Shown: piece by piece, positions 45,359 through 58,186 of the stretch
Layout: each line of letters opens with the position of its first letter
Numbering within the stretch: position 1 is the first letter of the stretch
Assembly (NCBI GenBank): GCA_951406725.2
Contig: OX597819.1
Span: 102,052,001-102,116,000, forward strand
Direction: 5' to 3'
Source of the DNA: Octopus vulgaris
Lineage: Eukaryota
Length of the DNA: 64,000 nucleotides
Translations under genes and position numbers: made by a program
The notes under the pieces: model-generated
Told to the model about the DNA's origin: nothing
The model's input: only the letters and a program-made list of their open reading frames with translations
Database searches by the model: none

Positions 45359-45672
45359 CGCGCAGGCGTGACTGTGTAAGAAAAATACATCCCAACCACA
45401 TGTTCTCGGGTTCACTCCCACTGAGTGGCACCTATGGCAAATGCTTTCCACTATAACCTCGGGTCGACCAAAGTTTCGTGAGGGGATTTGGTAGACGGGA
45501 ACTGAAAGAAGCCTATGGTATATATATATATACCTCGTAACTTAATGGTTTGGTACTTGAGACAGATAGAATAAGTACTAGGTTTACAATGAATAAGCTC
45601 TGAGGTAGATTTGACCGACTTAAGCCGGTGCCCCAGTATGGTCGCAATCAAATGAGTGAAACAAATAAAAGA
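45359..45672 (+). mobile_element. SINE family A, internally deleted
   Basis: Head, GGGTCGACCAAAG..GGATTTGGTAGACGG and tail GTGCCCCAGTATGGTCGCA. Confidence 0.85.
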
Positions 45673-47094
45673 ATATATATAAATATAAAAAAAAAGTCCG
45701 TTCTAAATAAAGGCCTTGAGTAAGAGTTTTACGATCCAACAGTCCCCACCCGCACAGAAACATCTGTTGGACTCTTAAAACTCTTGCTTTTCCCCATTAT
45801 TCTATAAGTCAGACTTTTTATTTGTATACATATGTACAATTTATGTATTAATAATTTTTGTATATCGACTTGCCTAACTTGCCTCTCCTTACATTGTTCC
45901 TCTACTCGCTGATGTTCAAATCTCTTGAGCAGTACAAATTGTATTCTATACACAGAATACTTGTCTCAAATCTATACATATATATATTACTAATTCGAAT
46001 TTGGCATTGACGATCATCAGACGAAATATGAAGTATTTTCCATATATACACAAAATAGCGTATACGGGGGATAGCCTTTATTTCAAGCATGTTATATCCA
46101 AAACATAACATTGTTTCGAAATTATTTATTTATTTATTTGTGTGAGTGTGTATGTGTCACTTTCTATCTTAGTATAAAATCCTCGCAGTTTGAAATAATA
46201 AATTTCCTACATATTACCGATGTTTGCAGATTTTCGCTCTGGGTGCCTTCATCAGGTCATAAATGTTCATCAGGTATCTGTATTACCACTTTTACAGTCA
46301 ATGACTAATTTATGCAGACTGTACAGCCAGAAGTTGTCTATTAGAGTTCCACGCCATCACGTATATATTTCGGTCATTAGAATTACATCTCATTAGTATC
46401 CTTTTATCTTGTCTCTGACGAGTGTTAACATTAGTCCTTTTGTTATCATATATAAGTATTGCATTGTAAATTCTCTATATTTGTAGAGAACTCTATTTAG
46501 TATAGATGCATTATCGGTTGATATTTTCAATAGATAAATATTGTAACAAAGTGGAAAGGTCTTCTTACACAATGAAACGAAAGCCAAAAAAAAATACCCA
46601 TATAAGAAAAGATTAAATTGGAGCATAGTCGCGTTTTCAATAACACATCTCTCTCATTCACTCACACACACATACACACAGGCGCGCGTGCACACAGACA
46701 CACACAAAAACAATATTTGCAAATACAAGTTGAAAAATTAAAAAGGACAATGGTGTAAATTGCTCAACGAATAAACACTTCATGCGGTTGCTTTCAAATC
46801 GCATCTTAAATTGATTTCACACAACTTTTATTAAGCAATTTCCAAATCATCGTTTGCGTGCATGTGTAATCATGCAGATTATACAAAAAGCTCATATTGA
46901 TATATTTTCATCGATAAAATAAACCCAGTTATTTTATGGGGTGGTAAAATTAATATGAAAAGAAAAGAGGAACAGCTTGTAATACACACATGTATATTAT
47001 AAACACATGTTGTCTAATGATTCAAGTATCTTCTCATACTTGGCCACAAAATGCCGTTGGTTTTACTTGATTCAGGAATCACTTGTTATATATA

Positions 47095-47307
47095 TATTTC
47101 TTTATAGCCCACAAGGGGCTAAACATAGAGGGGACAAACAAGAACAGACAAACGGATTAAGTCGATTATATCGACCCCAGTGCGTAAACGGTCCTTAATT
47201 TATCGACCCCGAAAGGATGAAAGGCAAAGTCGACCTCGGCGGAATTTGAACTCAGAACGAAATACGGCTACGCATTTCGCCCGGCGTGCTAACGTTTCTG
47301 CCAGCTC
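47095..47307 (-). mobile_element. SINE family B (long-tail variant), ~115 nt into the intron after the large exon
   Basis: High similarity to the 24082 head and centre; tail AGCCCCTTGTGGGCTATAAAGAAAT. Confidence 0.9.
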
Positions 47308-47422
47308 ACTTGTTATATTTAACCCAACACAAGGCCCAGTTGTGGCCGCCTGAGGTGCATTTCATAAGACATACCACGAACAAAACGAATATTGAATAGG
47401 GAGATAGAAGAGTTGTACTTAC

Positions 47423-49471
47423 CGTGATAAGGAGAGTATTCCATTGAAGTAGTATGTGATGATGGCAAGGATGTGAGGTTTGTATGTAACTGAGTACTTT
47501 CATGAGTCTCCTGGTGCGGATGTAAATGATGTATTACGGACGACACAATTGGTGTTGTACTGTGGTGATGATGATGATGATGGTTATGGTGATGGCTACC
47601 ACTGCCTGCACTGCTGCTTATAACACTGCTACCTCCAGTCAAACAACCAGCCACGTTGCTGTTAATGATGCTATTGTTGCCACTACTACTACCGCTACTG
47701 CTGTTGTTACTACTACAGATTTGATGTCCACTAGGTGGCAGTGCATGACACTGAGTCTGTATGCCGCCGGCCTGGTTGAGGACCGCCGTTGTGTGCCGTA
47801 TTGCAGTGGTGGCCACAACTTCAAGCGAATTCGCTAAACTGCCAGCAACAGTAGGAGATGCACTATCCAATATCGAGCCCTGCTGCTGACCCGTCGCAGA
47901 CGGGACGACAACCCCAACACTACTACCACCTATACCAATACCAACACCAACACCACCGTTACCACCGAGTCCACCATTAATGCTGCCACCGCCGCTAACT
48001 ATAGAAGACGGAAGAGCCGTCGAAAGAAGACCTGATGAGGTATTTACTACTGGTGGGTTCAAAGATGAGGGGCCATTCAACAAATGCAGCCCAGCTGCAG
48101 CAGCGGTGGGGCCCGAACCGAGACTCGATGCAAAAGCCATGAAACGTTCTTCAAACATGTTGACACATTGAATGAAAGCGTTGGCCTGTTGATGGAGGCC
48201 ATAAATAGAAGCACGCAGTGAAGCCATGTCGGTGGCGGTGACGGCGGCAGAGGCTGCTGCCGCTGCTGCTGCTGCCGCTGCCACAGCGCTGTTTGTTTCG
48301 GCAAACTGCGCAACCGCCGCTCTGGTCTCGGGCAGGGGTTCAATAATAACATTGCCTCCAGTACTGGCGCCGTTTATAAGATTTGACGAATAAGGATGAA
48401 GTGGAAAGTGAGGTAGTTGAGGGTTTGATTCCGAGAGATATTTCCGTCCTTCGTCAAGATGTAAAAACTCGCTGCCGTTTATATCATAGTTGCTGGCATC
48501 TTTCTCGACCCCATTTAGTAATAAGGGGTTATATTTGTCCGAACATTGTTCTGGTGACATCCTCAGGCTGTTGGTTGCACCAACACTGGCACTATTAGCA
48601 AGAGAGTGGTGGAGATGATGGTGATGATGATGATGGGGATGTAAATGATATAGATGATGGCTGTTACTGAAGCTGCTGTGAAAGCTGTTGCTACTGATGA
48701 TGCTACTGTTGCTGTTGATGATGCTGCTGCTGTTGTTGTTGCTGTTGTTGTTGTTAGAATTGCTGCTGACAAGGTTGTGATCGCCGTCGTCGATATCGTC
48801 GTCGGCGTCGTTGTCATTGTTGTTGCTGCTGTTGATGAGGTTGTTCTCACTTTCGCTGTTGTTGGGGTTGTTGCTGTTGTCGATGACATTTTCATCGTCA
48901 TCGTCGTCATTCATAACGTCTTCGTCATCTTCATCATCGATGATATCGTCGTCTTCGCCGCCGCCGCCGCCGCCGCCACCGCCACCACCTCCACCGTCGC
49001 CGCCACCACCTCCTCCTCCTCCGCCGTCACCGCCGCCTTCGTCAACATCGTCCTCATCAACATCATCGCCGCCGTCATCGTCATCATCGTCAACATCATC
49101 CATCTCTTCATCAACGATATCATCAGCGTCTCTGTGATTTATTTTACCATCGAGATTGAGCTGTAGAAAAAAAGGAGCAGAGGACGTAGCGTCTATTGAG
49201 TCCGTGATATTTTTAAGGGCTACTTCCGTTGAATTTGTAAAACTTTCGGATTCATGAAGAGCAAGTGTGTAAGGGGATTGTGTTTGAAAGTCGCCATCTG
49301 GATCTACTTCAGAAGAACAAACATCATCCTGCTGTTCTGTTTGTTGCTGTGGAAGATGTGTGCAGGATTTTTTGTGAGCAAGAAATTCTGCCAAATCGAG
49401 AAATTCTTCCTTGCATTTGCCACAAACATGGGCATCACCACTGGCCCGCTTGGGAGACGAAGCAGACTGAC
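47423..49471 (-). CDS. sall: Spalt-like (SALL/salm family) zinc-finger transcription factor, large internal exon (N-terminal C2HC finger, Q-rich-homologous region)
   Basis: Lies within the 724-aa ORF 47319-49493. HVCGKCKEEFLDLAEFLAHKKSC matches the SALL N-terminal C2HC finger. NVIIEPLPETRAAVAQFAE matches the SALL motif NVIIENLQSTKVAVAQF. NSLEVV...VLNQA resembles the protostome NTLE.LQ...VL..A motif. Acceptor ttttttctgtag|GT at 49472/49471; donor CACG|gtaagt at 47423/47422. Length 2049 nt, phase 1-1. Confidence 0.92.
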
Positions 49472-49561
49472 CTACAGAAAAAATAGAAAACAAAACAAAA
49501 TTAGGAAATTTATAAATATGAAATTTTAACTAAAAATATTAATAACAATAATAACAACAAC

Positions 49562-49614
<53 letters not shown>

Positions 49615-49619
<5 letters not shown>

Positions 49620-49831
49620 GTGTCAAATTTTGCCACAAGGGCAGCCATATTGGGGAAGTGGATGAGTCGATCACATCGAACCCAGTATTTTACTGGCTGT
49701 TAATTTATTGACCCCCGAAAGGATGAAAGGCAAAGTCAACCGCGGCGGAATTTGAACTCAGAACGTAGCAACAGACGAAATACTGTTAAGCATTTCGCCC
49801 GGCGTGCTAAAGACAATGCCAGCTCGCCACC
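49615..49831 (-). mobile_element. SINE family B embedded in (AAT)n
   Basis: CCCCGAAAGGATGAAAGGCAAAGTCAACC..GGAATTTGAACTCAGAACG..GCCAGCTCGCC. Confidence 0.88.
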
Positions 49832-49873
49832 GTAGTAATAATGATAATAATAATAATAATAATGATGATGATG

Positions 49874-49944
<71 letters not shown>

Positions 49945-50158
49945 CCTTTCTACTATAGGCACAAGGTCTGAAATTTGAGGAAAGGGGACTAATCGATTTA
50001 CATCGAACCCAGTGTTTCACTGGTACTTAATCTATCGACCTCGAAAGGATGAAAGGTAAAGTTGACCTCGGCAGAATGTGAACTCAGAACTTAGCGACGG
50101 GCGAAATACCGCTAAGCATTTCGTCCAGCGGGCTAACGATTCGGCCATCTCGCCGCCT
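49945..50158 (-). mobile_element. SINE family B embedded in (AAT)n
   Basis: Second tandem copy with the same motifs. Confidence 0.88.
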
Positions 50159-51319
50159 TATATAATAATAATAATAAGTAAGAAGAAGAAGTAGAAGAAG
50201 AATAACAATAATAATAATGTATCTAGCAGAGAGGTACAAGTCTGTGTATATGCAGTTTTCACACACATACGCATACACCAAACACACGACGGGCGTGTAC
50301 CTATAGATATATTTATTAGGTTTCGTATAGTGTGCAACATGTGCAGCAATAAAGATTATGACGTTGCATTTTTGCAAACAGCACGAACGGTAGTCCCGCA
50401 CTGCATATATACACACACACACACACATATACACACACGCAAACAAACAAACACATGCATATATGCATATGTATGTATACATATATTCTCATACACACTC
50501 GCACAAATGCATAGGTTTCAAAATGGCGGTATCTTTCTAAGTTCAGTCGACCCTGACTAAACTCAACCTTGACTTGTTGAATAAAGTTTATAAAAATAAC
50601 CAGAGAGCAGTTTTTGTATTATGGCTGTGAATGAAATGTGAAGCCAGTGTCTCCATTACAACTGCCATTTTCCTCATCATCACCATTATCACCATCATCA
50701 ACAGCAGCAATATATTTAACACCACTTATCTTCACAAAATTTACCACCACCACCACCTTATTAGTCTGAGGGGAGATCAGAAGTAGTGTACAAATATGGC
50801 GGCCGATATATTTTGTCTTGAAAAATTCTTTTTCTTTCTCTCTCTTCGCGGTATTCTAATTACTTTCGCTACGATTTTTCTTCTTTTATTCATTCCCCGC
50901 CTACTTTATCCTGGCACTTACCATATCACACAATCTTTTACTCCTTCATCACCCCACACATTCTCCCCACTCTATTTCTTTGTCTGTCCGTCTCTTTCTT
51001 TCTGTTTCTCTCCCCGTTCCCCCTCTCTCTCTTTCTCTTATGGAGCCTGATCAGTTGAAACACTTTTTTTTAAATAGATTTTGCTATATTGTATTGATCT
51101 ATGAGAATATTACTGCTGATGTTGCTTCCTTAATTGATTTATCCACTTGAAGACCTAGTTCCAGTACGAATATCAGACTAAAATAATCGATAATTTTATC
51201 ATTGAGTTGTTAAACCAAGCCGATTAGACTTGCCTTGCAAACATAGTGACACTGGTTTTGTTGTGATTATTTTTATCGATGTGAATATGCATGCACGCAC
51301 GCATGCACACACAAACACA

Positions 51320-51625
51320 TTTTATCTTTTGGTTGTTTCAGTCATTGGATTGCAGCCATGCTGGGGCACCATTTTGAAGGAGTTTTTAAAGCCTGGTCTC
51401 TATTCTATAGACTTCATTTGCCGAATCGCTAGGTTACAGAGATGTTAACTAGCCAACACTGATGGATGGGCGGGATGTAAAGACACAAAACACACACACA
51501 AAACGGATTTATTTAAGTTTTTATCTACCAAATCCATGCACAAGTCTTTGGTCAGTTGGGGTCTATAGCACAAAACACTTGCACCTTCGACATTGTCCCA
51601 AGGTGCCACGCAGTGGGATTCAACG
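51320..51625 (-). mobile_element. SINE family A
   Basis: TTGTTTCAGTCATTGGATTGCAGCCATGCTGGGGCACC...TCTACCAAATCCA...CAAGGTGCCACGCAGTGGGA. Confidence 0.8.
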
Positions 51626-52167
51626 CACGGACAGAAGGTTCTACTTTATTACCTCTATAATTGTTATTACGATCATATGAAAATGGCAAAACACCGTACT
51701 AAGAGCATTTAGTCACATATTCTTCAACATAACCCTGAAAAAGCAATTGTGGAACCTGAGACGTTAAATATTATTCGTAGCATTATTATTATAATCATCG
51801 ACATCGATGTTATTAAAACAAACAAACGATTAAAGAAAAGGCCGCATATCATATCTACTGATTATGTTAATTGCTAGGTGTATCAACACCACTCCTCGAC
51901 TTCCATTGAAGACTCCTCGCCTGATGCTATCTCCACTTCACCCAGCTCCCAACCACTTCTGCCTCGTTTCAGTGATGACGTCAGCCATTTATAGACAAGA
52001 CTGAGCGTTTGATTCAAGTCTCCTTCAGATACATCCATGCTGCTCTAATTTCCATGGATGAATTCCCTCGTCGGAAAAGTCTTCCCATCAGCTATATGAG
52101 CACACGGCGTTCATCCAAAACACTCAGGTTCACTCTTTTTATCCCTATCTGTTTTTATCTCTCCGCC

Positions 52168-52228
<61 letters not shown>

Positions 52229-52355
52229 TACACACACAAAAGAACAAGCAATCAAAAATATATAAAATTACACTTGACCGCTCACAAATAGCTATATTTA
52301 CAAACTTCTATGAGTGTTCATATGGTACTCAAGCATAAATCTCTTTCTCTCATTG

Positions 52356-52356
<1 letters not shown>

Positions 52357-52439
<83 letters not shown>

Positions 52440-52440
52440 T
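52357..52440. repeat. Palindromic microsatellite (CTAT)n-(AGAT)n
   Basis: Strand switch at ATCTAGAT (52391-52398). Confidence 0.9.
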
Positions 52441-52450
52441 ATAGATAGAT

Positions 52451-52492
<42 letters not shown>

Positions 52493-53293
52493 AGATTGAT
52501 GCAAATATACGTTATGTACGCGTGATGTTATTCATGAGTAATATAATATATAGTACACGTGAGGGAGTGGTATATTTATTTTGTTCGAAGCTGGGCGATT
52601 GCTTTACTGGAGTTACTCAGAATTTCCTTGTTCATGGCATATTTTAAACAGCAATACAATATCATTTATTCATCGTATTTCAGGCTCAAATTACACATCT
52701 TACGACAATTTCTGTTTTGCAACCTAATCGTCATATTGTCAAATTTGAACAAATACGCTCTCTCTCCTTCTCTTCTTCCCTCTCTCTCTCTGTCTCTCTC
52801 TCTGTTATACACACGTGTATATGCTCCAGACACATGTATTACGTATATACACGTAGGTGTATAAGGATAGATTTAAGCTAACTACTATTAGCAACTTAAA
52901 CCACCCAGTGTCGTCGCCGCCGCCGCCACCGGCTATACCACTACCGGACCGCTAATATCCATTTACTTATTTCAGCCATAACTATTTAAATGTTGTAGTA
53001 GATATTGTTGTTGTTGTTGTTCATCTTCGACGTTGTTCTTGGAACATCCTACACCATGTTTAATCACATGGAAATAACAGAGGACAGCTGAATTGTCTTT
53101 GCTTAGAAAATAAATTTCATGCTTGTTGAAAATTTCATCTCCCGTGATGTTGTTGTTGTTGTTGTTATTGTCGTCGCTATTGTTGTTATTGATGTATTTC
53201 TTATGGTGCTCGATTTATTAGTATTATATTAATATTATTGTTGTTGTTGTCGTTCATGTATTTGTTATGGTTCTCGTTTTATTATTATTATTA

Positions 53294-53334
<41 letters not shown>

Positions 53335-53621
53335 GTTGTTGTTATTATTATTATTGTTATTATCATTATTATTATTATTATTATCATCATTATTATTACG
53401 CTATTATATTTTAATTTTTTTTTTTTTTTGTTACCAATGTTATTTTATTATTTATTTTTACTTCATATTCGTTTTAATTGTTTAAATTTGTTTGCTGTGA
53501 TTTTCCCCCCACATTTTTTTTGTCCTTTTCTTTGTTTTCAGAGATTGTAATGCTTTTAATAATTTATATACGTGCACTCATCCTGCAATGTGGGGCATTT
53601 TAAAATCGCGTCGTGCAAACG

Positions 53622-53697
<76 letters not shown>

Positions 53698-53819
53698 CTG
53701 TAAAGCTATATGCATGTGTATGTGCGTGAGCGGATAATTGCACTCACATATGCACGTGTTCATTCAAGAATAAAAAAATGGCTGTCCCCTCTCTCTATTC
53801 CCAGTGTGTGTGTGTATGT

Positions 53820-53863
<44 letters not shown>

Positions 53864-54175
53864 TTTATTCGTTATTTCGTCTTTTAAACAGGAATTTAAT
53901 TTTTCTCCATCTGCTTTCCCTCTCATATTTTAATATCTCCATATCCTTCTCTGTTTCCAAATCTATCCATTATTCACCCTCCTCCTCTTCTGCGTCTCTC
54001 CCCCTCATCATCTCACCATCATCATGCTGCTCATGATTGCTGTCCGTATGAGCATCAATCTCATCATTATCTTTCCCACCGCCACTAACATCTGAGTCAG
54101 AGATAAATGGGTAGAGAGATAGAGTGAGAGTGAGAAAGTGAGAGAGGGATAGACAGATTGATAGACAGGCAGATA

Positions 54176-54208
<33 letters not shown>

Positions 54209-56658
54209 TGTGTGTATGTATGTAAGTGTATCTGTGTGTCTGTCTGTGTGTATTTGTGTGTCTGTCTGTCTGATGTGCTTGTTCTTTTTCAGAGCAATTT
54301 CTGTTCCCCAAAATATACTAGTTTTCAGCAAATAACCACGTGATTAACGATGAAATACATCCTCAGTTAAATTCACTAAGCTGTTACCGGCTCTAGAACA
54401 ATGCCGTAATAAAATGTACTGATCTAACCCATGCTAGGACGTAAATCAAATGAATGTACGATGGCCAATCGCCAAAGCTTAGTAGCGCACATGCGCCTCT
54501 TCAGAGAAGCATTATATTCTTGAATTGTTAAAAGCTATGCCACTCCTACCGAAATATATTCGTTGCATTCGCTCTAATGCCCCACAGATTCCATATAGCT
54601 TTGTCTATCAACCTCCCATCCTCCTGCAATATATCCATATGGAAATACTCTGTGGGGCCATGAATTCTGCTTAATTATTCTCGCCAATAATTCAAATTTA
54701 AACATGCAGCCACACCACGGATATTAATCTTTCTATTCTATGTAAAGGAGGGACCAAAAAATATGTAGAGCATTGCCCCCCAACTTTGTGTGTATGCGTG
54801 CAAGATGTGTTTGTCTCGATGTATTAGTGTGTGTGTCCATAAATGTGTGTACGTGTGAGTGTACAAACATATGTTAAATTGTGCACGTATACAGCCAACA
54901 TGTGCAGCGACGTTTCCACTCATTAAGCAATACATTCACGTCCTTTCCACCTCCATAGACTGACGTCAACCATAAAACCATAGAGCGTCCACCGAGGACG
55001 CAGTCGTAATCATCAGCCACTGGCTCTGTCAAGACAGTTTTATGATGTTACATTAGTGACAAGCCATTGTTTCGATACTACCTCATCAACAAGCTGTCAA
55101 ATCTGACGATGGAGTTAAGGTTTTAAACCTGCTTCACTCCACTGCTCAAGCTAGAAATAATCCCTCCCCCCACTGCACTCTCTCTTTCTCTCTCACCACT
55201 CACTCACTCACTCCTCTCGTCGCTTTCTCGTATTCCATTGTAGAACCAATGCGCTTCCATTTTACAGTCGTCGGAGAGTGGTGTATACTTAGCGCAACAG
55301 TTCAATTCACAACGTACTATATCTACAAAATATGTATATATACGGTCAATGTATACGATATGTTTTCGTTGTCTTATCCTACAGTAGTTATTAATAGGAA
55401 TTATGAGGGTGTAAATAGTAAATAGTATCAAGACACATGGAACACAAAGTCCCAAACTCTCAATATTGTCTTCAGAATGGAATGAACATCACATAATCTC
55501 AAATCAGTGGGGATAAAATTAGATGCAGTTCCCTAATAAAGTTGCCAACAAAAACACATTAAAACACATGAACACGGAGAGAGATGTGCTAAGAAAACAA
55601 TGGGAGAGAGAGAGAGAGAGAGAGTCAGAGGGAAAGAGAATTGAATGGGAAATAGTTGGGGATAAGAGACCGTTACTTCGTGAGTACAGAAAAATCGAAA
55701 TTAAGGCTGCAATTAAATGTACCGTGTATCATGAAACCAGAAAAGGGCTGAGGGTGGTAACGAAACTTGCTTTAATTTATTGGGAATTTGTTACCCTAAG
55801 CCTTATCCGCTGAGTGTGTCAACGGCAAATGACCAATCAAATACCGAGATTGAATTCAGCAACAAACTACGCTCTACTTGAGTCCCACAAGTAAATATGA
55901 CCTTGAAGTAATATGAAGGTATTAATTATTGCTACACTTGGCCTTATAAATCTATATGTAACTGGGTCGTGGCCACGCTGGGACCTCGCCTTGAAGGCTT
56001 TAGTCAAACAATTCGAAACCATTGTAAGCATTCACTGACACAGAACTCAGTAGGAGAGTGAATAGACAGGTTAATTCAATCAAAATTTAATACGAGTATA
56101 TATGTGTTTTTATTTATCTGTGTAATTTTGTATGTGCAAACGCTCGCACACACACACACACACGCGTATTCTATTGCGTTACATATTATAATTAATGCAT
56201 TGTATTCAATATTATTCCATTGTCCACTCTAGATCGTGTTTGTATTGTACTGTCACGTTGCAGTGTGAGGCTCGTGGCAGAACTAATGACATTATTATTA
56301 TTATTATTAATATTATTATTATAAATATCATCATCATCCTTATCATTATCGTTATCATTATCATTATTATTATTATTATTGTGTTATATAGGGCCAACGT
56401 GTTTGTTTATAAATGTTATGAAACACATTATGCTCTTGTGTGCGGCTAAAGAAAAAAAATTGAAGTTCTACGGACACTTATTCACATTTCGTGATTATCT
56501 GACAACAGACTGCTTGCTCCCTCTCTCTCTCTCACTCTCTCTCTCAATCTGTCAGTCTGTCTGTCTGTCTCTGTATCTCTCTCTCACACCCACACATATA
56601 CACACGCCATAGGTTTGTTTACTTTATTTGCTTCTATATGTGTAACTCTATGCTTCTT

Positions 56659-56747
<89 letters not shown>

Positions 56748-56871
56748 AGCGGTAACGTGCCTTTGTCTGGCGGCCCTTTTTGTGCGCTATGAAAATGTTA
56801 AAATATTACTCGTGGGCGTGTATATAGTTTTGACACGCTAGCATGTTCATAACATGTATAGGATAATATTG

Positions 56872-56910
<39 letters not shown>

Positions 56911-57016
56911 AACACGTGTGTATATAAATAGTAGCCAAACACTGATGAATAATATGAATAACAAATTGTCATGATGTTACATTTGTGTGTAAGTGTTTAT
57001 ATATATATATATATGC

Positions 57017-57067
<51 letters not shown>

Positions 57068-57940
57068 TATATATATATATACATATATTTATATATAAAT
57101 ATATATATATGTAAAAGTATATATATACAAATATATAGAAATATATATATATATATATATGACATATATATATGTGTGTGTGTGTGTGTCTGTGTATTTA
57201 TGTTATGCATAAATAGATCGATAGAAAAATACACTCCCACAGACACACACAAGGATGTTTTGTAAAAGGATGTGTACATATTCGTGAGTCTGTACGCACG
57301 TGTATGCGTGTGTATGTGACTGTGACAATTACGAATCGAGGCGGAGAGAAAACAAAAATAATTATACAAATTTCCCTCGAAAGTTGTCACCCAGAAGCAA
57401 AGTTTACCTATGCTTAAAGTGCTCTAACGGGTGGCATCAGTGACGGATTAAATAAAGGTTTCTGGTAGAGGTGAGTGACAATCTAGAAGAGAACAAGGTG
57501 ACTGTGGGTGAGTGAAGAAGACCTGAGGGTAAAAAGCTGGAGTGCGGTTGAGGATGAGCGTGTGATATTTGTGCGGGTAGAAACTGATGACAAATGTTAG
57601 ACAAGACGAAAACTACAGAGTCTGAGATGCGGGACGATGTAGAAAATGGAACATAAAAAAAATTAAACACACAAACACACACATATATATAAAGATAATT
57701 GAAAATGACGATGATGATAATGATGATGACGGTGAATGTCGACAGCAATAATAACAACAACAACAAACATAAGTACCACTATACTCCAATTATTATAATC
57801 AGATATAGAAATACAAATAGCAGCAACAATATTATTATTATTATTATTATTGTTAATATTATCATTATTATTATTGTTGTTATTATTATTATTATTGATA
57901 TAATGATGACGACGACGACGACGATGATGATGATGATGAC

Positions 57941-57973
<33 letters not shown>

Positions 57974-58123
57974 AATAATAATAACAAGGCACGACATAGA
58001 GATGGATGTAATTTAAGAGATAATTCTTGATAAACATGGTGAAAACTTGCTGTGATGGACGTTTGTCAGTAAAACTGCTTGATCCAAAGATGGAATGTTG
58101 CATGGAAGTGTGAACGTGTGTGC

Positions 58124-58186
<63 letters not shown>

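Noticed and set aside
49472-49493. ORF-track start 'MFSIFSV' for the 724-aa ORF
   Set aside because: Non-ATG start inside the polypyrimidine tract; the real boundary is the splice acceptor at 49471.
47526-49529. Plus-strand ORFs overlapping the large exon
   Set aside because: Antisense shadows of trinucleotide-rich coding sequence.
47095-50158. Family-B SINEs flanking the large exon as a circularisation pair
   Set aside because: All three are in the same orientation and cannot base-pair with each other.
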